This document shows positions 49,374 through 59,017 of a stretch of DNA of 64,000 nucleotides, piece after piece. The translations under genes and the position numbers were made by a program. The first letter of the stretch is position 1; the number at the start of each line of letters is the position of its first letter. Under the pieces are notes generated by a model. That model did no database searches. It was not told the origin of the DNA and saw only the letters and a program-made list of their open reading frames with translations. The stretch comes from Mycobacterium sp. (GTDB lineage Bacteria > Actinomycetota > Actinomycetes > Mycobacteriales > Mycobacteriaceae): NCBI GenBank assembly GCA_020438865.1, contig JAGQTU010000011.1:8599-72598 (forward strand), read 5' to 3'.

Positions 49374-50513
49374 TTGACGGCCGGCTTGCGGGCGATGCTC
49401 GCCCGCGACCCCGACGAACCCCACCGCGCGGCCAGTTCGCTGGAACTCCTGTTCGACCTGGTGTTCGTCGTCGCCGTCTCGCAGGCCTCCGGCGCCCTGC
49501 ACCAGCTCTGGGAGGAACAGCACTTCGCCGCGGGCGTGCTGACCTACGCGATGGTGTTCTTCGCCATCTTCAATGCCTGGCTCAATTTCACCTGGTTCGC
49601 CAGCGCCTTCGACACCGACGACTGGCTCTACCGGCTGACGACGTTCGTCGGGATGGCCGGGGCGCTGACCATCGCGGCCGGGGCGCAGCGCGCCATGCTG
49701 GACAACGACTTTCGGGCCATCGTCGTCGGCTACGTCATCATGCGGATCGCGATGGCCGGTCAGTGGACGCGCGCCGCGATCAGCGATCGACGGTACCGGG
49801 GCACCTGCATTCGCTACGCGGTCGGCATCGTGGCCGTACAGGTGCTGTGGGTGGCCTGGTCGCTGACCGGGGGCCCGGTATGGCTGTTTCCGGTCCTGGC
49901 GGCCGTCGACCTGGCCGTCTCACCGGTCGCCGAGCATCACCGCGGCCTGGCCTTCCACCACCGTCACATCGCCGAGCGCTACGGCCTGTTCACCCTGATC
50001 GTGCTCGGCGAGTCGATCCTGGCGGTGGCCAACTCGATCATCGGGAGCCTGTCCGACAGCCACGAGCGAACCGGGCTGATCGGCGTCGCGGCCTGCGCGC
50101 TGGTGATCGTGGCGTCGATGTGGTGGATCTATTTCGACCGCCCGCAGCACGACCAGACGGTCTCCAAGCCGCGGGCGTTCTTCTGGGGCTATCTGCACTA
50201 CTTCATCTTCGCTGCGGCGGCGGCGTTCTCGGCCGGGGTCGAGGTGGCCGTCGCAATGCGCCTGCACGAAAGTCACCTGCCCACAACGGTGGCGGGCCTG
50301 ACGCTGACCATTCCGCTCGCGGTATTCGTCGTCGCGACCTGGCTGGTGCTCGACGCGGTGCGCCGCGACGCGGTCCAGGCCGCCGGTACGGTGATGCTGG
50401 CGCTGGCCCTGGTGGCCAGCGCGCTACTGCCCTACCCGCTGCCGGGTGCGGCGGTGGTGATGGTGGCGACGGCGACCCTGGTCAGCTGGCGCCACGGCGC
50501 CGAAGGCCGTTAA
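49374..50513 (+). CDS. Low-temperature requirement protein A (LtrA) family membrane protein
   Basis: SSLELLFDLVFVVAV, HIAERYGLFTLIVLGESI, WWIYF. Confidence 0.88.
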   Translation: MTAGLRAMLARDPDEPHRAASSLELLFDLVFVVAVSQASGALHQLWEEQHFAAGVLTYAMVFFAIFNAWLNFTWFASAFDTDDWLYRLTTFVGMAGALTIAAGAQRAMLDNDFRAIVVGYVIMRIAMAGQWTRAAISDRRYRGTCIRYAVGIVAVQVLWVAWSLTGGPVWLFPVLAAVDLAVSPVAEHHRGLAFHHRHIAERYGLFTLIVLGESILAVANSIIGSLSDSHERTGLIGVAACALVIVASMWWIYFDRPQHDQTVSKPRAFFWGYLHYFIFAAAAAFSAGVEVAVAMRLHESHLPTTVAGLTLTIPLAVFVVATWLVLDAVRRDAVQAAGTVMLALALVASALLPYPLPGAAVVMVATATLVSWRHGAEGR

Positions 50514-50619
50514 GCCGCTGCGGCTTTGACCGCCCTGCCGACCTCCGAGCGCGGCCGGGTGCACTCCGAGGGCGCCGCAACTCGTCGGGGAGCGCGAATG
50601 TCAGTACGCTGTGTGCCTT

Positions 50620-51099
50620 GTGACCGATTGGACGACCACGGCGGACCGGCCGAAAGAGTTGCGGCTGCGGCTCGACTCGTACCCGGTGATCGCCGACATC
50701 TCGGCCCGCTATGGCGACATGGACGCCAACGGCCACCTCAACAACCTCGCGCTCGAGGCGCTGCACGAGAACGCCAGAGCGACGATGAACCGCACGCTGT
50801 TCCCGGACATCTACGACGTCAGCCGCCGCCGGCTACGCCTGGTCACCTCGCAGAACACCGTGCACTTCCTCGCCGAGGCGCACTGGCCCGCCGTCATCCG
50901 CACCGGCGCCGGTGTCGGCCGGATCGGCCGGACCTCGTTCGTGGCGTCGACGGGTCTGTTCATCGACGGCACCTGCATCGGCGTCTGCGACACCGTGCTG
51001 GTGCTGCTCGGCGGCCCCGGTGACCCGACCGGTCCGGTGCCGCTGGCCGACAACATGCGCACCGCGCTGCAGACCGTGCTGCTGGGCGCCCGACCCTAG
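50620..51099 (+). CDS. Hotdog-fold acyl-CoA thioesterase
   Basis: RYGDMDANGHLNN 4HBT motif, GRIGRTSF; start uncertain (50611 or 50620). Confidence 0.82.
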   Translation: MTDWTTTADRPKELRLRLDSYPVIADISARYGDMDANGHLNNLALEALHENARATMNRTLFPDIYDVSRRRLRLVTSQNTVHFLAEAHWPAVIRTGAGVGRIGRTSFVASTGLFIDGTCIGVCDTVLVLLGGPGDPTGPVPLADNMRTALQTVLLGARP

Positions 51100-52526
51100 A
51101 GCGCCTTGAGTTCCTCGATGACCTCGCCGACCGACTTCTTGGCGTCGCCGAACAACATGGAGGTGTGCTCGCCGGTGAACAGCGGGTTCTCGATCCCGGC
51201 GTAACCCGACGACATCGAGCGCTTGAGCACGATCACCGAGCGTGACTGATCGACATTGAGGATCGGCATGCCGTAGATCGGGCTGGACGAGTCATTGCGC
51301 GCCGCCGGGTTGGTGACGTCATTGGCGCCGATCACCAGAGTGACGTCGGTGCGCGCGAATTCGCCGTTGATGTCGTCCATTTCCTTCATTGCGTCGTACT
51401 CGACGTCGGCCTCGGCCAACAGCACGTTCATGTGCCCGGGCATGCGGCCGGCCACCGGGTGGATGGCGTACTTGACCTCCACCCCCTTGCTCTCCAGGAT
51501 CTCGGCCATCTCCTTGACTGTGTGCTGGGCCTGCGCGACGGCGAGTCCGTAGCCGGGCACCACGATCACCTGGTTGGCGTAGGCCATCTGGATGGCGGCA
51601 TCGGCGGCCGAGGTCGCCTTCACGGTGCCCTGGTCGCCGCCGGCCGGCCCACCGGCGGCGTCCGTGCCACCGAAGGAACCGAAGACGATGGCCGGGATCG
51701 AGCGGTTCATCGCCACGGCCATCAGGTTGGTCAGGATCGAGCCGGACGCGCCGACGATCATGCCCGCGACGATCATCGCGGTGTTGTTCAGCGCCAAACC
51801 CGCTGCGGCGGCTGACAACCCGGTCATCGCGTTCAGCAGCGAGATGACGACCGGCATGTCGGCGCCGCCGATCGGGAACACGACGAACAGTCCCATGATG
51901 CCCGCGAGCACCAGCAGCAGCACGATCCACCAGACCGACAGTCCCTTGTTCAGTCCGACGAAAACGGCTGTGGCGACGGCGGCGAGCAACAGAACGATGT
52001 TGGCGGCCTGGAACAGCTTGGCGTTCTTGACGAACGCCTTCTCGACATTCTTGGGGATGATGTTCTCTTGCAGTTTGGCGAAGGCGACCAGCGAGCCCCA
52101 GAACGACACCGAACCGATGACGGCGGCGAACAGCGATCCGACGACCAGGGCCACGGTGGGCGACTGATCGGCCTTGAAGTGCGAAAAGCCCTTCGTCTCA
52201 ATGAATTCCGCCCAGGCGATGAGCGCGACGGTGCCGCCGCCCACGCCGTTGAACAGGGCGACCAGCTGGGGCATCGCCGTCATCTTGGTCTTCTTGGCCG
52301 GCGGGACGCCGAGGATCACACCGATCGCCAGGCCGGCGATGATCAGGATCCAGTTGATCGACGCCGTGTCGCGGATCCTGATCAGGGTGGCGATCACCGC
52401 GATGGCCATACCGGTCGCGGCGATCCAGTTGCCGCGGACCGCGGTCTTGGGCCCGGTCAGGCCCATCAGACCGTAGATGAAGAGGGCGAACGCGAAGATG
52501 TAGAGAACGTCGACGAGGTAGGTCAC
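51096..52526 (-). CDS. pntB: NAD(P) transhydrogenase beta subunit
   Basis: MPQLVALFNG, GGADMPVVISLLN, VPGYGLAVAQAQ, HPVAGRMPGHMNVLLAEA. Confidence 0.97.
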   Translation of the reverse strand: MTYLVDVLYIFAFALFIYGLMGLTGPKTAVRGNWIAATGMAIAVIATLIRIRDTASINWILIIAGLAIGVILGVPPAKKTKMTAMPQLVALFNGVGGGTVALIAWAEFIETKGFSHFKADQSPTVALVVGSLFAAVIGSVSFWGSLVAFAKLQENIIPKNVEKAFVKNAKLFQAANIVLLLAAVATAVFVGLNKGLSVWWIVLLLVLAGIMGLFVVFPIGGADMPVVISLLNAMTGLSAAAAGLALNNTAMIVAGMIVGASGSILTNLMAVAMNRSIPAIVFGSFGGTDAAGGPAGGDQGTVKATSAADAAIQMAYANQVIVVPGYGLAVAQAQHTVKEMAEILESKGVEVKYAIHPVAGRMPGHMNVLLAEADVEYDAMKEMDDINGEFARTDVTLVIGANDVTNPAARNDSSSPIYGMPILNVDQSRSVIVLKRSMSSGYAGIENPLFTGEHTSMLFGDAKKSVGEVIEELKAL

Positions 52527-52873
52527 TTGGTCAGCTCCCCACTATCGAGGGCGCGCTTGTCCGCGGCCGGAAGCGGTTTGTCCTTCTTGCCCTTGAACAT
52601 TCCGAGCATCCGGTCGGTCACCAGGAAGCCGCCGATGACGTTCAGTGTGCCGAACACCAACGCGATGAAGGCGATGATGCGCACGCCCCAGTTCGCGTCG
52701 GCGGGCAGGTTTCCCAGCACCAGCAGCGCACCGAGCACGACGATGCCATGGATCGCGTTGGTGCCCGACATCAGCGGGGTGTGCAACGTATTGGGCACTT
52801 TGGAGATCACGGCGAATCCGACGAACCCGGCGAGCACCAGGATCGCCAGATTGGCGAGCAGTTGGGTGTACAT
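52523..52873 (-). CDS. pntAb: NAD(P) transhydrogenase alpha subunit part 2
   Basis: LHTPLMSGTNAIHG, GGFLVTDRML. Confidence 0.96.
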   Translation of the reverse strand: MYTQLLANLAILVLAGFVGFAVISKVPNTLHTPLMSGTNAIHGIVVLGALLVLGNLPADANWGVRIIAFIALVFGTLNVIGGFLVTDRMLGMFKGKKDKPLPAADKRALDSGELTK

Positions 52874-53964
52874 CAGTTCTGCACCTCGCGTGTCACACAG
52901 GAGGCCGAGACGACCTCATCGTCGAAGTCCGGCGCCAGCGCACCGTCCTTGATCAGCAGTTCCAGCAGCGAGGTGAGGTTCTTCGAGTACAACTCGCTGG
53001 CGTGCTCGGGCATGGTGGCCGGCAGGTTCAGCGGCGAGGCGATGGTCACCCCGTGCTTGACCACAGTCTGGCCCGGCTCGGTCAGTTCGCAGTTACCGCC
53101 GGTCTCGCCGGCCAGGTCGACGACCACGCTGCCCGGCTTCATCCCCTCCACCGCGGCCGCGGTCACCAGCCGGGGGGCGGGTCGGCCCGGCACCAGAGCG
53201 GTGGTGATCACCACGTCGAACCCGCCGATGGCCTGCTCGAGCTTCTTCTGCTGCTGGGCGCGCTCCTCCTCGGTGAGCTCGCGGGCGTAGCCGCCCGAGC
53301 CCGCCGCCTCGATGCCCAGATCGAGCCACTGCGCACCGACCGAGCGGACCTGGTCGGCCACCTCGGGGCGGACGTCATACCCGGTGGTGCGCCCGCCGAG
53401 GCGCTTGGCCGTCGCGAGCGCCTGCAGGCCGGCCACGCCGACGCCGAGTACCAGCACGCTGGCCGGCTTCACCGTGCCGGCCGCGGTGGTGAGCATCGGG
53501 AAGAACCGGGTGGACTCGGCGGCCGCGAGCACCACGGCCTTGTAGCCGGCGACGTTGGCCTGCGAGGACAGCGCGTCCATCACCTGGGCGCGGGAGATCC
53601 GGGGAATCGCCTCCACGGCGAAGGCCTGCACGCCGCGGTCTTTCAACGCACCGATCTGGTTGTCGGCGTTACGCGGCGCCAGGAAGCCGATCAGGGTCTG
53701 GCCCGGGCGCAGCCGCGCCACCTCCTCGGCCGACGGCGGAGCGACCTTCACCACCACGTCAGCGGCCCAGGCGTCGCCGATCGTCGCGCCGGCGTCGATG
53801 TAGAGCTGGTCGGGAAGCAGGGCACGCTCTCCCGCACCGGGCTCCACCACCACCGCGGCGCCGCCGCTGACCAGCGTCGACACCGCCTTGGGCACCAACG
53901 CGACGCGCCGTTCGTCGGCGCCGGACTCGGCGACGACGCCCACTGTCACATGCGTATCAGTCAT
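52873..53964 (-). CDS. pntAa: NAD(P) transhydrogenase alpha subunit part 1
   Basis: ERRVALVP, RISRAQVMDALSSQ, GVGVAGLQA, ETGGNC. Confidence 0.96.
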   Translation of the reverse strand: MTDTHVTVGVVAESGADERRVALVPKAVSTLVSGGAAVVVEPGAGERALLPDQLYIDAGATIGDAWAADVVVKVAPPSAEEVARLRPGQTLIGFLAPRNADNQIGALKDRGVQAFAVEAIPRISRAQVMDALSSQANVAGYKAVVLAAAESTRFFPMLTTAAGTVKPASVLVLGVGVAGLQALATAKRLGGRTTGYDVRPEVADQVRSVGAQWLDLGIEAAGSGGYARELTEEERAQQQKKLEQAIGGFDVVITTALVPGRPAPRLVTAAAVEGMKPGSVVVDLAGETGGNCELTEPGQTVVKHGVTIASPLNLPATMPEHASELYSKNLTSLLELLIKDGALAPDFDDEVVSASCVTREVQN

Positions 53965-54068
53965 GAACCCTGCGTTCGCTTCCTAGCGTGGATTTCGTCG
54001 GGGAAGGACCCCTTTGCTCGTGACACCCTATCCGCTGCCGCCGGCGAGCCCCCAAGCCGGAAGCCGCT

Positions 54069-54088
54069 CCTCCCCCGTTCGGGGGAGG
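54069..54088 (-). terminator. GC hairpin just after the histidine kinase stop
   Basis: CCTCCCCC-GTTC-GGGGGAGG perfect 8-bp stem; no clear U-tract (mycobacterial I-type). Confidence 0.5.
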
Positions 54089-54091
54089 GCC

Positions 54092-55294
54092 TCAGGCGGG
54101 CTGCGGGGCGGGGCGGCGCGCGGGCATGGTGACCACCGCCGTCGCACCACCGCCGGGTGTCGGCGCGAACCGGACCGCGCCGCCCATCTCCTCGATACCG
54201 ACCACCAGCGAGGCCAACCCGATGTGACCATCGGCGACCTTGCGTTCCAGCACCCCGGGGTCGAAGCCGATCCCGTTGTCCTCCACCCGCAGCAGGACGT
54301 CGTCACCCGCCAGATGCAGGGCGACGCCGACGCGGGTCGCGCGAGAGTGCTTGTGGGCGTTGGACAACAGCTCGCGCGCGGACCGATACAGCAACGCCTG
54401 CGCGGGCGGCTTGCCCACCTCGTCGATCGCACAGTCGATGGTGGCGTCCCAGCGTTGCTCGTACTGGCGGACCAATTCGCGCAACGCGGGGGCCAGGCCC
54501 ACCTGGGCGAGCACCTGCGGGTGCAGGGTCGTGACGGTGTTGCGGAGCAGGGCGACGGTGTCGCGCATCGCCGCATCGATCCGGTCGAAGCCGTCAGGTG
54601 TCGGACGCTCGCGCAGGTCCTCGAGGTCGAGCCGGGCCGCCAGCAGGTTCTGCAACGGGCCGTCGTGCAACTGCTCGGAGAGCCGGCGGTTGTGGCGTTC
54701 GTCGGCCTGCATCGACTCGGCGACCAGGCGGCGGCGCACGTCGAGCAGCGCCCGCACCCGGGCCCGGCGGCGCGCCAGCACGTAGCACAGCGCGGTGCTG
54801 GCGGCGGCCAGCCACAGCAGGCAGCCGACCTGCACGTAGACCACCGCCGGGACGGCGATCATCTTGTCCCGCACGGCGTAGACGATCCACGCGACGAAGT
54901 AGCCCGCTGCGGCGCTCAAGCCCAGCGCCGCGGTCAGCTCGGGGCGGTCCAGGAAGGCCACCGTGATGGGCACCATGAAGAAGATGGGCAGCAGCCACAC
55001 CGTCCCACCGCCGGAGGCCAGGCACAGCGCGAGCACCGCGAGCACGTCCATCGCGGTCGAGGCCACCCCGAACCACCAGCGGACCGGGGTGCGGACGACG
55101 ATCACCAGCCAGGCCACCGCGAAGGCGGCGTAGAGGATGAAGACGGTGCCGACGAGGCGGGGCAGCCAGTGTTCGACATGCTGGACGTAGACCAGCAGGG
55201 CGATCAGCACGATCAGCGGCAGCCGCAGGATCGCGGCGACCCGGACCGGCTCGGTGCTCAGGTAGTCGAGGGTGTGATGGATCCGGCGGGGCAC
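54092..55294 (-). CDS. Membrane sensor histidine kinase (HisKA_3, NarS/Rv0845-like)
   Basis: About six TM segments; SEQLHDGPLQ H-box; RELLSNAHKHS; VEDNGIGF; GHIGL. Confidence 0.9.
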   Translation of the reverse strand: MPRRIHHTLDYLSTEPVRVAAILRLPLIVLIALLVYVQHVEHWLPRLVGTVFILYAAFAVAWLVIVVRTPVRWWFGVASTAMDVLAVLALCLASGGGTVWLLPIFFMVPITVAFLDRPELTAALGLSAAAGYFVAWIVYAVRDKMIAVPAVVYVQVGCLLWLAAASTALCYVLARRRARVRALLDVRRRLVAESMQADERHNRRLSEQLHDGPLQNLLAARLDLEDLRERPTPDGFDRIDAAMRDTVALLRNTVTTLHPQVLAQVGLAPALRELVRQYEQRWDATIDCAIDEVGKPPAQALLYRSARELLSNAHKHSRATRVGVALHLAGDDVLLRVEDNGIGFDPGVLERKVADGHIGLASLVVGIEEMGGAVRFAPTPGGGATAVVTMPARRPAPQPA

Positions 55295-55295
55295 G

Positions 55296-55940
55296 TCACT
55301 CCAGCAGCCCACGGCGCATGGCTTCGGCGACCGCGGCGGCCCGATCCTTGACTCCCAGCTTCTCGTAGAGCCGCTGCACGTGGGTCTTGACCGTCGAGGG
55401 GGCCAGGAACAGCGACTCGGCGATCGCCGGGATGCTCTGGCCGTGGGCGATCATGCCGAGCACCTCGCGTTCCCGGGTGCTCAGCGACGGCCCGGACGGC
55501 TCGGCGCGGCGGCGGATCTCGACCGCCAGCCCCGACGCCAGCCGCGGCGCCAGCACGTCACGCCCCTTGGCGCAGTCCAGAACGGCGTTGATGATCTCGG
55601 ATCGGGAGGCGTCCTTGGGCAGGAAGCCCGCCGCCCCCTGCTGTAGCGCGTGGTAGACGATCTCGGCCTCGTCGTGGGCCGACACCAGCAGCACCCGGGT
55701 CGCCAGCTCGTCGCGCACCACCGCCGCCGCGACAACGCCGCCGTCCATCCCGGGCATCTGGTAGTCCAGCAGCGCGACGTCGGGCCGGTGTTCCTTGATC
55801 AGCGCCAGCGCCGAGGAACCGTCCTCGGCCTCGCCCACCACGTCGATCTCCCCACTGCTGCTCAGCGCTCGGACCAGGCCGTCGCGGAACAACGGGTGGT
55901 CGTCTCCCACGACAACGCGCACCCTGCGGTTCTCCGACAT
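55296..55940 (-). CDS. NarL/LuxR-family response regulator (Rv0844c NarL-like)
   Basis: VVGDDHPLFR, LLDYQMPGMDG, LSTREREVL, STVKTHVQRLYEKLGV. Confidence 0.92.
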   Translation of the reverse strand: MSENRRVRVVVGDDHPLFRDGLVRALSSSGEIDVVGEAEDGSSALALIKEHRPDVALLDYQMPGMDGGVVAAAVVRDELATRVLLVSAHDEAEIVYHALQQGAAGFLPKDASRSEIINAVLDCAKGRDVLAPRLASGLAVEIRRRAEPSGPSLSTREREVLGMIAHGQSIPAIAESLFLAPSTVKTHVQRLYEKLGVKDRAAAVAEAMRRGLLE

Positions 55941-55961
55941 GGCAGGCAGCTTCGCACAGGC

Positions 55962-55979
55962 GTCCACCGATCGGTGGAC
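55962..55979. promoter_or_regulatory. Perfect 18-bp palindrome GTCCACCGATCGGTGGAC
   Basis: Seen directly 21 nt upstream of the response regulator start, in the divergent intergenic region. Confidence 0.5.
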
Positions 55980-56094
55980 AAACACTTCATCCCCCACTAG
56001 GGCCGCTCGGCGGACACCGCCCGGGTGCCGCGGGGGTGATAGTCGACGCATGGCCGCGACCCAGCCGGCCCCGCACGACCTACAGGAGAACGAC

Positions 56095-56349
56095 ATGAGC
56101 CGCTTCACCCGCCGCATCACCGCCGCCGCCGCCGGACCCCTGGTGGCCGCCGGGATCCTGGCCGGCACCCTGGCTGTCGCCGCACCGGCCGAAGCCAGCC
56201 CGCAGGCCGACACCAAGTGCAGCAGCATGGCGATGCCCAACGATTCGACGGGTGCAAGCCCCAGCCAGCCCAACCCGCTGACCCGGGCCGCGCAGGTCAA
56301 CGCGGCCAACCAGACGCCGCAGGCGCCCAACATGGACATGACCTGCTGA
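56095..56349 (+). CDS. Small secreted protein (84 aa) with two Cys and Met-rich motifs
   Basis: AGGAG RBS; signal peptide ending AEA; mature part CSSMAMP...NMDMTC. Confidence 0.75.
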   Translation: MSRFTRRITAAAAGPLVAAGILAGTLAVAAPAEASPQADTKCSSMAMPNDSTGASPSQPNPLTRAAQVNAANQTPQAPNMDMTC

Positions 56350-56420
56350 TAAGCCCGGGATGCCGGGATTCCGCACCAGCGCAAGGGAAAGGGGGTCCTC
56401 TGACCGATTGACCGACGTAT

Positions 56421-56475
56421 CCACATAACGACGCGGCCCTCCCTGTTGGTCATACGGGAGGGCCTCGTCGTGTGG
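56421..56475. terminator. Long imperfect stem-loop between the small secreted protein and fadE2
   Basis: ccac-acgacg-ggccctccc / gggagggcc-cgtcgt-gtgg arms. Confidence 0.5.
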
Positions 56476-56500
56476 GGGCCTGGTGTCCTATCGTGACGGC

Positions 56501-57730
56501 ATGGATTTCGCCATGTCCGCGAAGGCGGCTGACTACCACAAACGGCTGACCGAGTTCATGGTCGAGAAGGTCTTTCCCGCCGAGAAGTCCTACGACGAGT
56601 ACCGGGCGGCCGCCGGGCCGAACGATTTCACCGTGCCGCCCGTGGTCGAAGAGCTCAAGAAGCTCGCCAGGGCGCAGGGCCTGTGGAACCTGTTCCTGCC
56701 GCCGGAGTCCGGCCTGACGAACCTGGAGTACGCCCCGCTGGCGGAGCTGACCGGGTGGAGCACCGAGATCGCCCCCGAGGCGCTCAACTGCGCTGCCCCG
56801 GACACCGGCAACATGGAGACCCTGCACCTGTTCGCCTCCGAGGAGCAGCGCAAACACTGGCTGGAACCGCTGCTGGCCGGTGAGATCCGCAGCGCGTTCT
56901 CGATGACCGAGCCGGCGGTGGCCTCCAGCGACGCCCGCAACATCCAGACGGCGATCACCCGCGACGGTGACGACTACATCATCAACGGACGCAAGTGGTG
57001 GACCTCCGGCGCCAACGACCCGCGCTGCAAGATCCTCATCGTGATGGGCCGCACCAATCCGGATGCGGCGTCCCATCAACAACAGTCGATGATCCTGGTG
57101 CCCATCGACACCCCAGGTGTGACTCTCGTCCGCTCAACTTCGGTGTTCGGCTGGCAGGACCAGCACGGGCACGCCGAGGTGATCTACGACAACGTCCGCG
57201 TACCGGCCTCGAACCTGCTGGCCGAGGAGGGTATGGGGTTCGCAATCGCCCAGGCCAGGCTGGGCCCGGGCCGCATCCACCACTGCATGCGCGCGATCGG
57301 GGTGGCCGAACGTGCGCTGGCGCTGATGGTCGAACGCGCCCGGACCCGGATCGCCTTCGGTAAGCCGCTGGCCGAACAGGGCATGGTGCAGCACGCGGTT
57401 GCGGTGTCCCGCAACGAGATCGACCAGGCCCGGCTGCTGTGCCACAAGGCCGCGTGGACCATCGACCAGCACGGCAACAAGGAAGCCCGCAACCTGGTGG
57501 CGCAGATCAAGGCGGTGGCCCCGCAGATGACCTGCAACGTCATCGACCGGGCCATCCAGGTGCACGGCGGCGCTGGGGTCAGCGACGACTTCCCGCTGGC
57601 GCGGATGTACGGCTGGCAGCGTGCGATGCGGATCTTCGACGGCCCCGACGAGGTCCACCTGCGCAGCATCGCCCGCGCCGAACTCGGCGCCGAACCGAGC
57701 GCGATGGCCGCGGCGGCGATGCGGGGGTGA
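56501..57730 (+). CDS. fadE2: Acyl-CoA dehydrogenase FadE2
   Basis: NCAAPDTGNMETL, MTEPAVASSDA, NGRKWWTSG, RLGPGRIHHCMR, DGPDEVH; ATG lies 6 nt after TATCGT. Confidence 0.92.
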   Translation: MDFAMSAKAADYHKRLTEFMVEKVFPAEKSYDEYRAAAGPNDFTVPPVVEELKKLARAQGLWNLFLPPESGLTNLEYAPLAELTGWSTEIAPEALNCAAPDTGNMETLHLFASEEQRKHWLEPLLAGEIRSAFSMTEPAVASSDARNIQTAITRDGDDYIINGRKWWTSGANDPRCKILIVMGRTNPDAASHQQQSMILVPIDTPGVTLVRSTSVFGWQDQHGHAEVIYDNVRVPASNLLAEEGMGFAIAQARLGPGRIHHCMRAIGVAERALALMVERARTRIAFGKPLAEQGMVQHAVAVSRNEIDQARLLCHKAAWTIDQHGNKEARNLVAQIKAVAPQMTCNVIDRAIQVHGGAGVSDDFPLARMYGWQRAMRIFDGPDEVHLRSIARAELGAEPSAMAAAAMRG

Positions 57731-58513
57731 ACCACCCTGAAAGCGCAGAACTTCCGCGACGTCGCCGAGACGACGGGGATTCGTCCCGGCCTCTTGTACC
57801 GGTCCAGTGAGATCAGCCGACTCGACGAGACAGGGCGCGGAGTCATCCGCCGGTTGGGCATCACCGATGTCGCCGACCTGCGCTCACCCGTGGAGGTGGA
57901 TCGGCGCGGCCCCGGCGCGGTTCCGGATGGCGTGACCGTGCATCTGCTTCCGTTTCCCGACCTGTCACACAAGCCGGCCGGCGCGCCGCACGAGACCGCG
58001 TGGGAACAGATGATGACCGATGCCTCGCCCGACGACGACGTCGTCGCCGCCGGCGAGAAGTGGATGAGCGAGGAGTACGTCCGGTTCGCCCGGTATGGCG
58101 GAGCGCGCCGGGCGGTTCGCCGGATCGTGACCCTGCTGAGTGAGGGTAAGCCGATTCTGGTTCACTGCTTCGCCGGCAAGGACCGCACCGGCTTTTCGAT
58201 CGCCTTGGCGCTGGAGGCCATCGGGGTACCCCGAGACGCCATCCTCGCCGACTTCTTGCGGAGTAACCAAGCGGTGGGCCGACTTCGGGAACGGATCCTG
58301 GAGTCGGTACGTAACCGCGAGGGAATCACGCCCGAAGTGGTGGCCTTCGCCGAGTCCCGACTGCCGGACGAGGTACTGGGTGTTAAGGAGAAGTATCTGG
58401 CGACCGCGCGTCAGGTCATCGATGAGGACTACGGCGGTCTGGGCGGCTACCTGGAGGCGGCGGAGATCACCGGCGAAGACATCGCACGCCTGCGCGCCGG
58501 GTTACTGGGTTAG
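57727..58513 (+). CDS. ptbB: Protein tyrosine/phosphoinositide phosphatase PtpB with an apparent 5' frameshift
   Basis: P-loop HCFAGKDRTG and NFRDVA/DVADLRS motifs; the coupled GTG at 57727 is one base out of frame with the catalytic ORF. Confidence 0.8.
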
Positions 58514-58987
58514 CAGCAGCCCCACCACCCAGGCCGCGGTGGCGATCAGGCCGCCGGCCAGTTCCACGCCCACCGACAACGCGGCCCCCTTGACCGCGTG
58601 GATCGTGGACGCCCACGCTCGCCGCCGATCACGCCGATGCACCAGTTCGGCCAGGTACACCCCCAGCACGAAGCCGACCACCAGCCCGACGACCGGGATC
58701 ACGAAGAACCCGATCACGCCGAGCACCGCACCCGTGCCGAGGCTTACGCCGGCGACCTCGGCGGCCCGCATGCGGCGCACCGGCCACAGGTACTTGATCA
58801 GCAGGCTGGCCCCGATGATCACGGTCACCACCGCCAGCACCACCCACGCCACCAGGCTGCGCTCGATGACCGCCCAGACCGCGATCGCCGCGTAGACCAA
58901 CAGCGTGCCGGGCAGCAGCGGGACGATGATGCCGACCAGGCCGACGGCGATGGCCAGCGCGACCAGGATGATCCCGCCGGTGCTCAC
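58502..58987 (-). CDS. DUF456 family membrane protein
   Basis: VGLVGIIVPLLPG, GFFVIPVVGL.GF.LGVYLAE; GTG lies 7 nt after TAGGTT. Confidence 0.85.
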   Translation of the reverse strand: MSTGGIILVALAIAVGLVGIIVPLLPGTLLVYAAIAVWAVIERSLVAWVVLAVVTVIIGASLLIKYLWPVRRMRAAEVAGVSLGTGAVLGVIGFFVIPVVGLVVGFVLGVYLAELVHRRDRRRAWASTIHAVKGAALSVGVELAGGLIATAAWVVGLLLTQ

Positions 58988-59017
58988 CCGCTCGAACCTA
59001 CCCGCGCGGGCGAGCGG

